DNA of 64,000 nt from a virus: positions 23,529-87,528 of IMG/VR virus record IMGVR_UViG_3300010397_000043; one strand, given 5' to 3'. The notes under the pieces were generated by a model that was not told the DNA's origin, searched no databases, and saw only the letters and a list, made by a program, of their open reading frames with translations. Position 1 is the first letter of the stretch. Every line of letters begins with the position of its first letter. A program made the translations under genes and the position numbers. Of the stretch, positions 18,887 through 28,442 are shown piece after piece.

Positions 18887-18923
18887 CTACAACACTACAT
18901 CCCGGCGCGGAGAAATATGGAGC

Positions 18924-21026
18924 TTATGATTCGAGGGGTGGCGCATACCGGAACCGATTCGCCTTACCCCCTTCGTGCTTGAATCGTTCAATACGCAATT
19001 TGCCTTCGTCCACTGCCTGTTGCAAATGGACGCGCAAACCCATGGCGTTCGTGAGCCCAGCGTTCAAGATATCGGGGTGGTTTTGGATCGAACCCAGCAC
19101 TCCACTTGCACTCGCAATGGTCCAGTGCCCCTGTGCGTATTTTTCCAGCACCGTGCGGACCACCAGCGACTGCTGAAATTCCTGTTGCCCGGTGCCAGTC
19201 GGTGCCGCGCCGATCTCGTCACCCATCGCCAAAATGCCTGCATTAACATTCCACAACCAGCGCCCGCCATGCGACGTTGCACCGTAGTTATTCTTCTCCA
19301 CAATAAGTTCCGTATTGCCGCGTTCGTCGCGCTTTAGACTCCATCGAGCCCGAGCCGAATTGTGCCATTGAGTAGAACCGCTATACCCATCCCCCGCCTT
19401 GCTATCGTGACCCAGCAAAAGCACGGCAAGGTCGTGCTCAATCGCAAGTGCCGCCAGTCCCGAAACGAACTCGTCCACCATCGCCCGGGCGTTCTCGTTC
19501 GCCATGTAAAACTTGGACAGGTTGTCGAGGCATACGTAGGAGTAATTGCCCTCCTCGATGATCTCCTTCAAGCGGTCGAACTGCACGGTAAATTCGCCGT
19601 CTCGAAAGTCCTCGCCGATGTAGAGCGCCTTTCTCGTAATGTGGGCCAGTCCCTTCACGTCGAGCCACTTGCGCAGCCGCTTGATCGAGATTCCATAGTG
19701 CTGGCATATTCCCCAAAGTCGATGCGAAACTTCGTTCAGCTCGTCTTCGGCACCGATGTAGAGCACACGCCCCCTAGTAACCGGCGCTCCAAACCAGTCG
19801 AGCCCCATCGCCACCCGGGCGCAAAACGTCAGCGTGGAGTACGTTTTACCCGCACCGCCATTGGACGAAAACAGCACCACGGTCTTGCGGTACATCCAGT
19901 TCTTGACCAACGGTTCGGCCCCGGGCGGGCGCTCGGTCGCCTGCTCCATCATGTTCCAGTCAATGTCCTGCCACGGCAACGCTTCAACTTCGGCGTCCTC
20001 GTCGTCAACACCCGTCGAGCGCACTTTCGACCGCTTCAAGCCCCAAGCCTTCATGGTCTTGTCGGACACCTTGCAACCGTTGTCAAGGGCCTTGTAGACC
20101 AGCGACTTCATGGTTGTCAGGTCGTCCCGGCCATGATCGTGCGAAAAGCCGGCCTCCCAACGCTTCCGGTTATTCTCGTAGTCATACCCTTCCCGGGTCG
20201 CTGACCACTCATCGAGCACCTCCCACGCAGCCTCCGCCCCATCGAACTGCATGTGCAGCGCAGCCGCCGCGCGATACCATGTGCCCTCCCCCGGTGCGCC
20301 CCACTCGGCGGGCAGTCGCTTCAACACCGCACGGGCCTGTGCGAGCGTAAAGTTGGGCAGTCCCACCGCGTTCAACGACACGAGCCCTTCCACGGGCTTG
20401 CCCCCTGCCGTCGATGCCTTTCCACTACCGACCGAGCCCATGGCCTCGGTCAACTCGCGCTTGATGCCAAACGGCATGCGGCGCACCTTGCCCACGTTGT
20501 CGAGCAGGTCCTTGATCGCGTTGCCCGTGAACGTGGTGTACGCCGCGCCGCAGTACACCTCTACCCGCTCGCCATTCGAGATATGGAAGTTGCGCTTTTG
20601 TCCCGGGATCAGCGCCTCGCGGTACACCGCGCGCAGGCCACGCCCCGACGGTGACCGCTCGGCGTACACGCCCGAGTCCACAATGTCGTTGGCGAATTCG
20701 CTCAGCTCGCCGTTCTCGTCGATGCAGTTGTCCAGGTCGATGATTGTAAGGTTTTGCTCGGGCAGCACGGCCAGCCCGACGCCATCAAACTTGCGCTTGC
20801 GGGCGTAGGCCAGCGCGGCGTCAAAGGGGGCAAGCTGTTCAACATCCTTTTCCGACCCCAGCACGCCGTACCGCTTTCGCCCGTTGACGTAGTACGGCAC
20901 CTTGAGTTGCTTTTTGGCGGGGTCGGGATTGTCCTCGTAGCGCCACACGACCCAGTGATCGAGTTCGCGCAGCAGTGCAGGGATGTTCTCTTCGTTAACC
21001 TGGGTAGTGGCGGTTTGCTTCGACAT
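18924..21026 (-). CDS. Primase-polymerase fused to PriCT-2 and RepA/AAA_25 helicase
   Basis: WVVWRYE..KVP, IIDLD and ERSPSGRG (AEP primpol); LDEWS (PriCT-2); Walker A SNGGAGKT, Walker B VCLDN, GHDSK, GSTQWHNSAR. Start at MSKQTAT. Confidence 0.9.
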   Translation of the reverse strand: MSKQTATTQVNEENIPALLRELDHWVVWRYEDNPDPAKKQLKVPYYVNGRKRYGVLGSEKDVEQLAPFDAALAYARKRKFDGVGLAVLPEQNLTIIDLDNCIDENGELSEFANDIVDSGVYAERSPSGRGLRAVYREALIPGQKRNFHISNGERVEVYCGAAYTTFTGNAIKDLLDNVGKVRRMPFGIKRELTEAMGSVGSGKASTAGGKPVEGLVSLNAVGLPNFTLAQARAVLKRLPAEWGAPGEGTWYRAAAALHMQFDGAEAAWEVLDEWSATREGYDYENNRKRWEAGFSHDHGRDDLTTMKSLVYKALDNGCKVSDKTMKAWGLKRSKVRSTGVDDEDAEVEALPWQDIDWNMMEQATERPPGAEPLVKNWMYRKTVVLFSSNGGAGKTYSTLTFCARVAMGLDWFGAPVTRGRVLYIGAEDELNEVSHRLWGICQHYGISIKRLRKWLDVKGLAHITRKALYIGEDFRDGEFTVQFDRLKEIIEEGNYSYVCLDNLSKFYMANENARAMVDEFVSGLAALAIEHDLAVLLLGHDSKAGDGYSGSTQWHNSARARWSLKRDERGNTELIVEKNNYGATSHGGRWLWNVNAGILAMGDEIGAAPTGTGQQEFQQSLVVRTVLEKYAQGHWTIASASGVLGSIQNHPDILNAGLTNAMGLRVHLQQAVDEGKLRIERFKHEGGKANRFRYAPPLES

Positions 21027-21041
21027 AGTAGAACCTGATGA

Positions 21042-21056
21042 ATTACCGGTGGTAAT
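21042..21056. repeat. ATTACC-N3-GGTAAT palindrome, copy 3
   Basis: ATTACCGGTGGTAAT, 15 nt upstream of the primase start. Confidence 0.9.
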
Positions 21057-21403
21057 GGGGGCGGGTTTGTTACTTGCTAGTCCGGGCCCGGCGGCGTACC
21101 ATGGGCGCATCGCTTCGTTGCCTGCCTAGCGACTTCGCCCCCAGTGCCTAACCGCACCGGGGGCTTTTCTTTGCCCGCAGTGGAACACTCCACCGAGGGG
21201 GACGCAAATGCTAAGGGCGTGCAAGCCCTGGGCGCAAGTCGTTTCCGCGGGCCCCCGTAGGGGGCCCGAAATCCCCCCGCACGCACCCATGCGTACACGC
21301 GCGCCTGCCTGGATTAGCAGGGTCGGCTCGACTTGCAGTCCGGTTACAGCCTTTGTTAAAGTAGGGGCACCCACCACCCCCGACTTGTAACTGGAGGCAC
21401 CCC

Positions 21404-21799
21404 ATGGATATCGAGCGGCTTCAAGAACTGCGGCGCGTCATCGTCGAAACGCCCGACGAGCGTGTTGACCTCAATGGCTGGGCGCGGTCGTGCGGCACCA
21501 TCGCCTGCGTGCTCGGCTGGGCCTGCAAACACCCGCCGTTCGTGGCCGAGGGACTGCACCTGTTCGAGGACGAGGGCGCGTACACGCCTTGCTTCGGCAA
21601 TTTCATCAACTACGAAGCGGGCGGGGAGTTCTTCCGCCTGTCGTACCCCGACGCCGAATTCCTGTTTGGGCCGCGTTCGTGGGGCGACGCCACGGGCCGC
21701 GCCGACATCACCGACAAGCAATTGGCCCTGCAGCGCATCGATGAACTGCTGGGCACGCGCCGCAGCCCGTACACCGATTGCTTTCCCTGCGACGACTGA
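21404..21799 (+). CDS. Paralog array gene 1 of 8 (CGTxACxxGWAC family)
   Basis: MDIERLQELRRVIVETPD...CGTIACVLGWAC...DKQLALQRID; GGAGG RBS. Confidence 0.9.
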   Translation: MDIERLQELRRVIVETPDERVDLNGWARSCGTIACVLGWACKHPPFVAEGLHLFEDEGAYTPCFGNFINYEAGGEFFRLSYPDAEFLFGPRSWGDATGRADITDKQLALQRIDELLGTRRSPYTDCFPCDD

Positions 21800-21804
21800 A
21801 CCCC

Positions 21805-21819
21805 ATTACCACTGGTAAT
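21805..21819. repeat. ATTACC-N3-GGTAAT palindrome, copy 4
   Basis: Within GACTGAACCCCATTACCACTGGTAAT, identical to the sequence at 22269-22294. Confidence 0.9.
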
Positions 21820-21839
21820 TCACAATCTGGAGCACAACC

Positions 21840-22274
21840 ATGCACCTCGACCGACTCAAGACCCTGCGCGACCTGATGGCGGCGACGCCCGACGACAAGA
21901 TCGACATGAACTACTGGCGGCGCGAACCCGGCGCCATCTTCGACCCCAACACTCTCAATGCACCCACGTGCGGCACCGTGGCCTGCATGCTGGGCTGGGC
22001 GTGCATGAACCCTGAGTTCCAGACCTTGGGCCTGCACTTTGAGCACGACAGCGTTTCGTTGTACCCGGAGTACAACGGCAGGTCTTCTGCCGGGGCCGGT
22101 GCTGAGTTCTTCGATCTAGAACCCAAGATCAGTCGTCTGCTGTTCGACGCGGCTTCTCGTCAGGAACTGGCGGAGCGCGGCTCGCACAAGGCTGTCGCAC
22201 TGGCCCGGCTCGACGAACTGCTCGAAACGGGCACGCTCCACGACCCCGACTACTACGATCCCAGTGGCGACTGA
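21840..22274 (+). CDS. Paralog array gene 2 of 8
   Basis: MHLDRLKTLRDLMAATPD...CGTVACMLGWAC...HKAVALARLD. Confidence 0.9.
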   Translation: MHLDRLKTLRDLMAATPDDKIDMNYWRREPGAIFDPNTLNAPTCGTVACMLGWACMNPEFQTLGLHFEHDSVSLYPEYNGRSSAGAGAEFFDLEPKISRLLFDAASRQELAERGSHKAVALARLDELLETGTLHDPDYYDPSGD

Positions 22275-22279
22275 ACCCC

Positions 22280-22294
22280 ATTACCACTGGTAAT
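22280..22294. repeat. ATTACC-N3-GGTAAT palindrome, copy 5
   Basis: ATTACCACTGGTAAT. Confidence 0.9.
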
Positions 22295-22319
22295 CGCACT
22301 CCTAAACCACGAGGCACCC

Positions 22320-22757
22320 ATGAACATCGAACGACTCAAGACCCTGCGCGACGTGCTGGCCGCGACGCCCGACAAGATGGTCAACCTGGACGGCTGGCGA
22401 TACGACGAAGGGGAAATCTTTTGCGCAACTGGCGACCCCTCCAAGCCCGCGTGCGGCACCATCGCCTGCGTGCTCGGCTGGGCCTGCATGGTGCCTGAAT
22501 TTCAGGCAGCAGGACTCAAGCTGATCATCCACGACGGCGAGTTCATCCCGACGTACCAGAAGTACTACCTTCGCTTTCGTGCCGGCGAGGAGTTCTTTGA
22601 ACTGGAGACTGACACCGCACGCAAGCTGTTCCGCGCCTCGGCGACGTGCGTCGAGCCAAAGCTCCACAAGCAGATCGCTCTGGCCCGGCTCGACTGGCTG
22701 ATCGAGCACGGCGATTTCGACGGGTACAACGAACTCAACCTGGAGCTGCAATCATGA
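22320..22757 (+). CDS. Paralog array gene 3 of 8
   Basis: MNIERLKTLRDVLAATPD...CGTIACVLGWACMVPEF. Confidence 0.9.
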   Translation: MNIERLKTLRDVLAATPDKMVNLDGWRYDEGEIFCATGDPSKPACGTIACVLGWACMVPEFQAAGLKLIIHDGEFIPTYQKYYLRFRAGEEFFELETDTARKLFRASATCVEPKLHKQIALARLDWLIEHGDFDGYNELNLELQS

Positions 22758-23191
22758 ACATCGAACGACTGCAAACCCTGCGCGACGTGATCGCAGCCAC
22801 ACCCGACGAAGCCGTGGAGCTCGACCGCTGGCAGCGAGAAAGCCCTATGTGCGGCACCATCGCCTGCGTTCTCGGCTGGGCCTGCGCGGTGCCCGAGTTC
22901 AAGGCCGAGGGCCTGCACTTGGCCCCCACCAGCACCTTTGACAAAGCGCCGTGGTACGACGGGGCGTGCGAGTACCTCGCGGGCGCCAAGTTCTTCGACA
23001 TGGAGTACTACGACGCGAGGAAGCTGTTCTCGTACCGTGGCGTGCTGTGGGACGATGACGGCGAGGGGTACGGGCATGCCGACGACCGAACGGACAAGCA
23101 AGTCGCGCTTGACCGGCTTGACCACATGCTCAAGCACGGCACCATGGCCGGGTGGGATCAAGATTCTGAATGCTACGTGCCCCAGGAGTAA
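22754..23191 (+). CDS. Paralog array gene 4 of 8
   Basis: MNIERLQTLRDVIAATPD...CGTIACVLGWACAVPEF; ATGA overlap. Confidence 0.9.
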   Translation: MNIERLQTLRDVIAATPDEAVELDRWQRESPMCGTIACVLGWACAVPEFKAEGLHLAPTSTFDKAPWYDGACEYLAGAKFFDMEYYDARKLFSYRGVLWDDDGEGYGHADDRTDKQVALDRLDHMLKHGTMAGWDQDSECYVPQE

Positions 23192-23194
23192 ACC

Positions 23195-23668
23195 ATGCAC
23201 ATCGAACGACTCAAGACTCTGCGCGACGTGATTGCAGCGACGCCCGACGAAGCCGTCAACATGGGCACGTGGCGGTGCGACCCTGGCGGCTGGGCTAAGG
23301 ACCCTGCCAAGCCCGAGTGCGGGACCATCGCCTGCATGCTCGGCTGGGCCTGCATGGTGCCTGAGTTTCAGGCAGCGGGGCTTAAGTTCCTGGCGTTCGC
23401 GAACGTGCCAGAAGGCTTTCGGCACCTGGACTTTATTCCGTCGTATGAAGATGATATTTCCTACAGTGCGGGCGAAGCGTTCTTCGAGCTTGACCCTGGC
23501 GTCGGGTACGCACTGTTCAAGACCGCTGAAGCCGGGCTCAACCAAAAGGCCGTCGCCTTGGGCCGGCTCGACTACCTGTTGAAGGAAGGACACCTCGGCG
23601 GGTACTTCGACCCGCAGCCGCCGGCTGACCCCGACGATGACCAGACCTGGATCGACGACTGGAGCTGA
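23195..23668 (+). CDS. Paralog array gene 5 of 8
   Basis: MHIERLKTLRDVIAATPD...CGTIACMLGWACMVPEF. Confidence 0.9.
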   Translation: MHIERLKTLRDVIAATPDEAVNMGTWRCDPGGWAKDPAKPECGTIACMLGWACMVPEFQAAGLKFLAFANVPEGFRHLDFIPSYEDDISYSAGEAFFELDPGVGYALFKTAEAGLNQKAVALGRLDYLLKEGHLGGYFDPQPPADPDDDQTWIDDWS

Positions 23669-23702
23669 ACTCGCCAACCCAACGGACGACTTGGAGCCGA
23701 CC

Positions 23703-24104
23703 ATGAACATCGAACGACTCAAGACCCTGCGCGACGTGATCGCCACTACGCCAAACGAGAACATCGACCTATCGTATTTCATCAAACCGCACGTCTGTGG
23801 CACGATCTGCTGCACGCTCGGCTGGGCCTGCGAAGTGCCTGAATTTCAGGCAGAAGGTTTGCGCATGGGCGTGGACCCTGAGTATACAGTCCTATCCCCT
23901 GTGTACGAGGGCCACGTCGGCTTTGAAGCTGCTGTTGCCTTTTTCGAGTTGAGCGGCCTGCACGACGCGTATCGCCTGTTCGACGCTGCCGCGCCGCACA
24001 CCGGCAATAACCACAAGGCGCTCGCCCTGGCGCGGCTCGATTACGCCATCGCGCACGGCTCGATGAACGGGTACACGAACTCCGAAGACTGGGCTGTGGA
24101 GTAA
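23703..24104 (+). CDS. Paralog array gene 6 of 8
   Basis: MNIERLKTLRDVIATTPN...CGTICCTLGWACEVPEF. Confidence 0.9.
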   Translation: MNIERLKTLRDVIATTPNENIDLSYFIKPHVCGTICCTLGWACEVPEFQAEGLRMGVDPEYTVLSPVYEGHVGFEAAVAFFELSGLHDAYRLFDAAAPHTGNNHKALALARLDYAIAHGSMNGYTNSEDWAVE

Positions 24105-24108
24105 TACC

Positions 24109-24543
24109 ATGAATACCGAACGACTCAAGACCCTGCGCGACGTGATTGCCGCAACACCAGATGACTACGTGGACCTCTCGTGGTGGCAGCAGTCCGGCGA
24201 CTGCGGCACCATCGCCTGCATGCTCGGCTGGGCCTGCGAAGTGCCTGAATTTCAGGCAGCGGGTTTGCGCATGGAGCACTACCCGGGCTACGGCGACGCA
24301 TTCCCTACGCTCGACCAGAAATTCGGCTACGAGGCCGGCGCGGCGTTCTTTGGGCTGGACTACGCAGACTCGGCGATGCTGTTTTGCGGGCGGGGCTGCA
24401 GGTTCAGCACCGAGAATGACGACCGCACGGACAAACAAGTCGCGCTCGACCGGCTCGACCATTTGCTCACGTATGGCAACTTCACTGCCATGCGGTTCGC
24501 CAGTCGTCCCACCACCAAGCCCCGTTACTGGAGCCAGCCATGA
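24109..24543 (+). CDS. Paralog array gene 7 of 8
   Basis: MNTERLKTLRDVIAATPD...CGTIACMLGWACEVPEF. Confidence 0.9.
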   Translation: MNTERLKTLRDVIAATPDDYVDLSWWQQSGDCGTIACMLGWACEVPEFQAAGLRMEHYPGYGDAFPTLDQKFGYEAGAAFFGLDYADSAMLFCGRGCRFSTENDDRTDKQVALDRLDHLLTYGNFTAMRFASRPTTKPRYWSQP

Positions 24544-24965
24544 ACATCGAACGACTCAAGACCCTGCGCGACGTCATCGCAGCGACACCCGACGAGGTGG
24601 TGGACCTGGACCGCTGGCAGTTGACCAAAGACTGCGGCACCATCGCCTGCATTCTTGGCTGGGCCTGCGAAGTGCCTGAGTTTCAGGCAGCAGGGCTCAA
24701 GCTGGTCCCCCACCAAGGCAACCCAGCGCGTTGGGTGCCCGAGTATGACCTGATGTACCGTGAGTTCCGGGCGGGTGCCAAGTTTTTCGGCCTGTCGTCG
24801 GACACTGCACGTCTGCTATTCGGCCAGCGGGCGGCGGACCTCGATACCGAAAACAAAAGGACTGGCGACGTGCGCACAGATCGGGAAGTTGCATTGGACC
24901 GGCTCGACCATTTGATCAAGCACGGCAACTTCAACGCGCTGTTGCCGGAGTGGCTGCACGAGTAA
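24540..24965 (+). CDS. Paralog array gene 8 of 8
   Basis: MNIERLKTLRDVIAATPD...CGTIACILGWACEVPEF. Confidence 0.9.
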   Translation: MNIERLKTLRDVIAATPDEVVDLDRWQLTKDCGTIACILGWACEVPEFQAAGLKLVPHQGNPARWVPEYDLMYREFRAGAKFFGLSSDTARLLFGQRAADLDTENKRTGDVRTDREVALDRLDHLIKHGNFNALLPEWLHE

Positions 24966-24981
24966 CCCAGGAGACACAACC

Positions 24982-25224
24982 ATGTCTACCGCCATCGTGT
25001 ATCGCAAGCGCACCCTCGTGAACACAGACCCACAGCGGCGCTGCTACAACGGGTGCTACTTCAGTGCTGAGCTACGTTGGACTCCCTGGGAGGTGCTGGA
25101 AAGCATGTGCTTTCTGAAGCCCGGTACAGACCCCGAGGGGCGGCTGAAGTTCTGGCGCGAGCTGAACGACTACGCAGTAAGCCAGCGTGGCGAGAGTGCC
25201 CGCTGTGAGTTCAAGCTGTCTTGA
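24982..25224 (+). CDS. Hypothetical protein
   Basis: AGGAG RBS; NTDPQRRCYNG motif. Confidence 0.7.
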   Translation: MSTAIVYRKRTLVNTDPQRRCYNGCYFSAELRWTPWEVLESMCFLKPGTDPEGRLKFWRELNDYAVSQRGESARCEFKLS

Positions 25225-25245
25225 CCCCCACCAGGAGACACGACC

Positions 25246-25431
25246 ATGCACCCGCTTGCGTTCACGTTCCTTTGCATCTTCCTGATCTTGATCATGCTCG
25301 GCAGCGTCGTGGCCGGCGCGTGGCTAATCGGCCACGAGCAGGACACGTGCGTGCAGCGCGGCGGGGTGCCCGTCGTAATCAAGGGCAGGTTGCTGTGCCT
25401 CGACCCCACCTCGCTCAAGAAGCTCGCCTAA
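25246..25431 (+). CDS. Small membrane protein
   Basis: AGGAG RBS; N-terminal TM segment and Cys pair. Confidence 0.65.
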   Translation: MHPLAFTFLCIFLILIMLGSVVAGAWLIGHEQDTCVQRGGVPVVIKGRLLCLDPTSLKKLA

Positions 25432-25445
25432 CCGGAGACAACACC

Positions 25446-25826
25446 GTGAGCAACTACACCGTTCTTTTCATCGGCACGTTCGTCATCGTGCTGCCAGTGC
25501 TCTATGTCGTGCATTCGATCTTCGGCGAAAAGACGCTCGTCAAGATGCTGAGCGCCGAAGTCGAAACGCTCGCCAAGCGCAACGGCGAGCTGATCAAGGA
25601 CAACATTCGCCTGCGCCGCGAGCACGCCGAAATGAAGGCCCGCCTGCCTTCGCACGAGCGGCCCGTGAGCCCCGGCCCCAAGTCGGTAATCACCGACCTG
25701 TGGGATAAGCGGCGCGAAAAGGAGACCAAAGCAGACAGTTGCTACGTGGAGCCGCCCGCCCCCTGGCCCCGCACGCCCGCACCAGACTACGTGCCGGGCA
25801 AGCCCAGCACCGACCCGTGGGAGTAA
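25446..25826 (+). CDS. Membrane-anchored coiled-coil protein
   Basis: GGAG RBS, GTG start, TM segment followed by heptads. Confidence 0.6.
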   Translation: MSNYTVLFIGTFVIVLPVLYVVHSIFGEKTLVKMLSAEVETLAKRNGELIKDNIRLRREHAEMKARLPSHERPVSPGPKSVITDLWDKRREKETKADSCYVEPPAPWPRTPAPDYVPGKPSTDPWE

Positions 25827-25829
25827 GCC

Positions 25830-26294
25830 ATGGCTGAGGATGTATTCCTGGACCGGCTTGTCGAATACGCCAACGAGCGGTCCTTCTGGTGGGGGCGTGC
25901 GCAGGCGATGGGCTTCAAGCTCGGGCCCGTATCGATGGACTACTGGGAGGGCTACGGTGACTACGCTATGCGTGGTGTGTTCACGTGCGTATGCGGCAGG
26001 CAGGAGCAATATCTCTTCGTACTCGAGAACGCGCTGCGTGTGACCGAACTGCCACAGGAGTTTTTGATCGACCTGTGCGACCCGGCGCTACGGCTCCACA
26101 ACTCCGGCTCGTTCAGCCGTGCGCACTTGCTCGAAGACGGCTACACCGAAGCACAGGTCCAGGAGATCATCGCGAAGGGCACCGTTTACGACCTGGAGCA
26201 CGACCGACTGCCCTTCGAGCCCGAAGAGCGTAGGGCTTACCTTCAACAAACGTATGGAGATCCCTATGGGTGCGCGACACAACTACGCCGCTAA
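25830..26294 (+). CDS. Hypothetical protein
   Basis: GGAG RBS, operonic. Confidence 0.7.
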   Translation: MAEDVFLDRLVEYANERSFWWGRAQAMGFKLGPVSMDYWEGYGDYAMRGVFTCVCGRQEQYLFVLENALRVTELPQEFLIDLCDPALRLHNSGSFSRAHLLEDGYTEAQVQEIIAKGTVYDLEHDRLPFEPEERRAYLQQTYGDPYGCATQLRR

Positions 26295-26571
26295 GGTCAA
26301 CCGCAGTGCGCAGCCCTGCCATGTGGCATGCCAGGGCGACGCCGAAGCCGCTGCCAAGTGGCGCAGCGTGCGCGAGCCCGACACGCTCGTAACGTGTTAC
26401 GAGGGCGACGCCCTTTACTGGGTGCGCGCCGAGCCCGACCCGCCACCCGAGCAGGAGCATGTGATATTGAGCCAGTGGCGCAACGGTGTGCAATTGCTCG
26501 AAGCGCCGACCGCACCACGCAAGACCACCGAAGCTGACCGCCACGAAACCGACACCGACGAGTGGTGGTAG
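26266..26571 (+). CDS. Hypothetical protein
   Basis: GGAG RBS before MGARHN. Confidence 0.55.
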   Translation: MGARHNYAAKVNRSAQPCHVACQGDAEAAAKWRSVREPDTLVTCYEGDALYWVRAEPDPPPEQEHVILSQWRNGVQLLEAPTAPRKTTEADRHETDTDEWW

Positions 26572-26577
26572 AACCCC

Positions 26578-26592
26578 ATTACCACCGGTAAT
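26578..26592. repeat. ATTACC-N3-GGTAAT palindrome, copy 6
   Basis: GAACCCC-ATTACCACCGGTAAT, same 5' flank as copies 4 and 5. Confidence 0.9.
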
Positions 26593-26613
26593 TCAAAAAA
26601 CGAGGTATCAATT

Positions 26614-26898
26614 ATGAAACACAAACTCCCTAACCTTAGTTTCGACGCGCCAATTGATTGGCCTTTCGTGGGCATGTTCTTGGCTGTAGTAGTGGGCTTG
26701 GTAGTCGTTGTCTGGGTAGGCGCTGCCTCTAGCAAAGCCAGCTTTGCGGAGCACGAGCGCGCCTATCAAGCCCAGGTCGCCGCGTTCAAGGGTGCCATGT
26801 GGGACCAAGACTGCAAGGTAACTTCCTTCGTGGCGACACGGAGCCAACCCCGCGCCGTGTGGACTTGTCCCGACGGCCACGTTGAACTGGAGCCCTAA
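26614..26898 (+). CDS. Membrane protein
   Basis: GAGG RBS; TM segment. Confidence 0.7.
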   Translation: MKHKLPNLSFDAPIDWPFVGMFLAVVVGLVVVVWVGAASSKASFAEHERAYQAQVAAFKGAMWDQDCKVTSFVATRSQPRAVWTCPDGHVELEP

Positions 26899-26900
26899 TC

Positions 26901-27089
26901 ATGATGCGCAACTTGGCCGAGGCCATGTACCAACGTCAGCAGGCAATCGAAGACGCGTTCTGGCTGTGCGCGATAAACGTCGTGGCCTGGGTCGCCGGCA
27001 CGACCTTGCTCAGCATCGAGTTCGGTTGGAAGATCGGGTGTGGCGTGGCACTGCTCGTGCTATTCCACAAGCAACCGGATCGCGTTTAA
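26901..27089 (+). CDS. Small two-TM membrane protein
   Basis: GGAG RBS; hydrophobic. Confidence 0.6.
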   Translation: MMRNLAEAMYQRQQAIEDAFWLCAINVVAWVAGTTLLSIEFGWKIGCGVALLVLFHKQPDRV

Positions 27090-27104
27090 ACAGGAGCAGC
27101 AACC

Positions 27105-27647
27105 ATGCAAACCATTCTTCTCTACGCGGATATCGTACTGTCCGCCATCCTCGCCTTCGTGGCGTATCGCGAACACGTGAAGGGCCGGCGCTACCTGGAC
27201 GCCCTGAACCACGAAGCACTAGAGAACGAAGAACTGCGCGACACCATCGCCCGGCTCAGGCGGCGGCTGAGCGAAAAGCCAGATATCAACGTTTCGACTT
27301 CCGGCTACAAGCGTGCCGAGTCCACCTCGAATCGACTCGTTCAGCGCGACGATGCACCGCCGTCCACGTTCGTGGCGAGCGCCCCGCTCGCACCGATTGC
27401 TGATTCAAGCTGGGTGTTCCCACCGCCAGCACCAGTGCAGGCCTCGTTCACCTCGGGTGGTGGAGGTGACTTTGGCGGCGGGGGTGCGAGCGCAACCTGG
27501 GATGCACCGGCCCCATCACCAGCGCCCGAGCCGCCTGCACCAGCCCCGAGCTACAGCAGCAGTGATTCGTGCTCGTCGTCTTCGTCGAGCTACGATTCAT
27601 CGTCGTCCAGCAGCGATTCGTCCTGCTCGTCTTCGTCGTTCGACTGA
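27105..27647 (+). CDS. Membrane-anchored protein with GGGDFGGGGAS motif and Ser-rich tail
   Basis: TM segment, coiled coil, FTSGGGGDFGGGGASATW, poly-Ser C-terminus. Confidence 0.75.
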   Translation: MQTILLYADIVLSAILAFVAYREHVKGRRYLDALNHEALENEELRDTIARLRRRLSEKPDINVSTSGYKRAESTSNRLVQRDDAPPSTFVASAPLAPIADSSWVFPPPAPVQASFTSGGGGDFGGGGASATWDAPAPSPAPEPPAPAPSYSSSDSCSSSSSSYDSSSSSSDSSCSSSSFD

Positions 27648-27658
27648 GGAGTACCAAC

Positions 27659-27997
27659 ATGCCCTGCAACGACTGGATCGAAACGTCCACCCGCACCGTC
27701 GCGGTGCAAGTGGAAAGCCCGTTCATGAAAGCCGCCCTGTGCGCCGCGCTGCGCTACTTGGTCCACATCAACCACTACACGCACTTCATCGCATGGGTGC
27801 GCAAGGACAAGGAAGCCGGCGTCAAGGCCAGCGCAGTGCAAACGTGGTGGAGCGACCACATGAAGGCGGACGAGGCACGCCGTGAAGCCGAGCGCGAAGC
27901 TGAAGCCAACAAGCTCAAGCGCAAAAAGCTGGCCATGCTTCTCAAACAGCACGGCTACTCGACGTCAGCCGCCAAGCGTCTCTTGAACGAGGAGTAA
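27659..27997 (+). CDS. Hypothetical protein (MPC...LCAA...WWxxH family; paralog of 57967-58332)
   Basis: GAGGAG RBS; shared motifs with the 57967 gene. Confidence 0.75.
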   Translation: MPCNDWIETSTRTVAVQVESPFMKAALCAALRYLVHINHYTHFIAWVRKDKEAGVKASAVQTWWSDHMKADEARREAEREAEANKLKRKKLAMLLKQHGYSTSAAKRLLNEE

Positions 27998-28148
27998 GCC
28001 ATGCACCGCTTTCGCATCACGCTTATCGCGCTGGCCCTGCTGTTGCTCGCAACGCACGTAATGGAGGTATCGAAATGAAATGGGTCGTGGCCGCGATACC
28101 CGTCGTGGCTCTCTTGATTTATGCCCTGTGGGGCTGGGGGGTACTGCT

Positions 28149-28442
28149 GTGAGCCCACAAGAGCGAAAGCTGCGGGAGCTACTGGCGATCCGTATCGCAG
28201 GGGCTGCGCTTTACCGGGACGACGGCGAGCTACAGGACAACTCGGTCCGGCCGTTCATCGACTTTCTACGCGACACGCCCGAGGTGATCGAGGCCAAGGT
28301 GATCGACCGGGCCATGCGGGCGTTGGAAACGCGCGAGCGAAGACTGCAGGACGCCATCGAGGGCGAGTGCTTCGGCCTTGCAATCACCGAAGCGCAGGCC
28401 ACGAAGATTCTGAAGTACCTCGACAAAGGGGACAAGTCGTGA
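28149..28442 (+). CDS. Hypothetical protein
   Basis: LYRDDGELQDNS motif; GTG start, uncertain. Confidence 0.6.
   Translation: MSPQERKLRELLAIRIAGAALYRDDGELQDNSVRPFIDFLRDTPEVIEAKVIDRAMRALETRERRLQDAIEGECFGLAITEAQATKILKYLDKGDKS

Noticed and set aside
21794-22294. Identical 26-nt repeats as a CRISPR array
   Set aside because: They are separated by a whole gene rather than 30-40 nt spacers, the other copies are dispersed, and there is no cas operon.
21404-24965. Diversity-generating retroelement behind the paralog array
   Set aside because: No reverse transcriptase is seen in the window, and the differences are indels and substitutions at all bases, not adenine-specific TR/VR changes.
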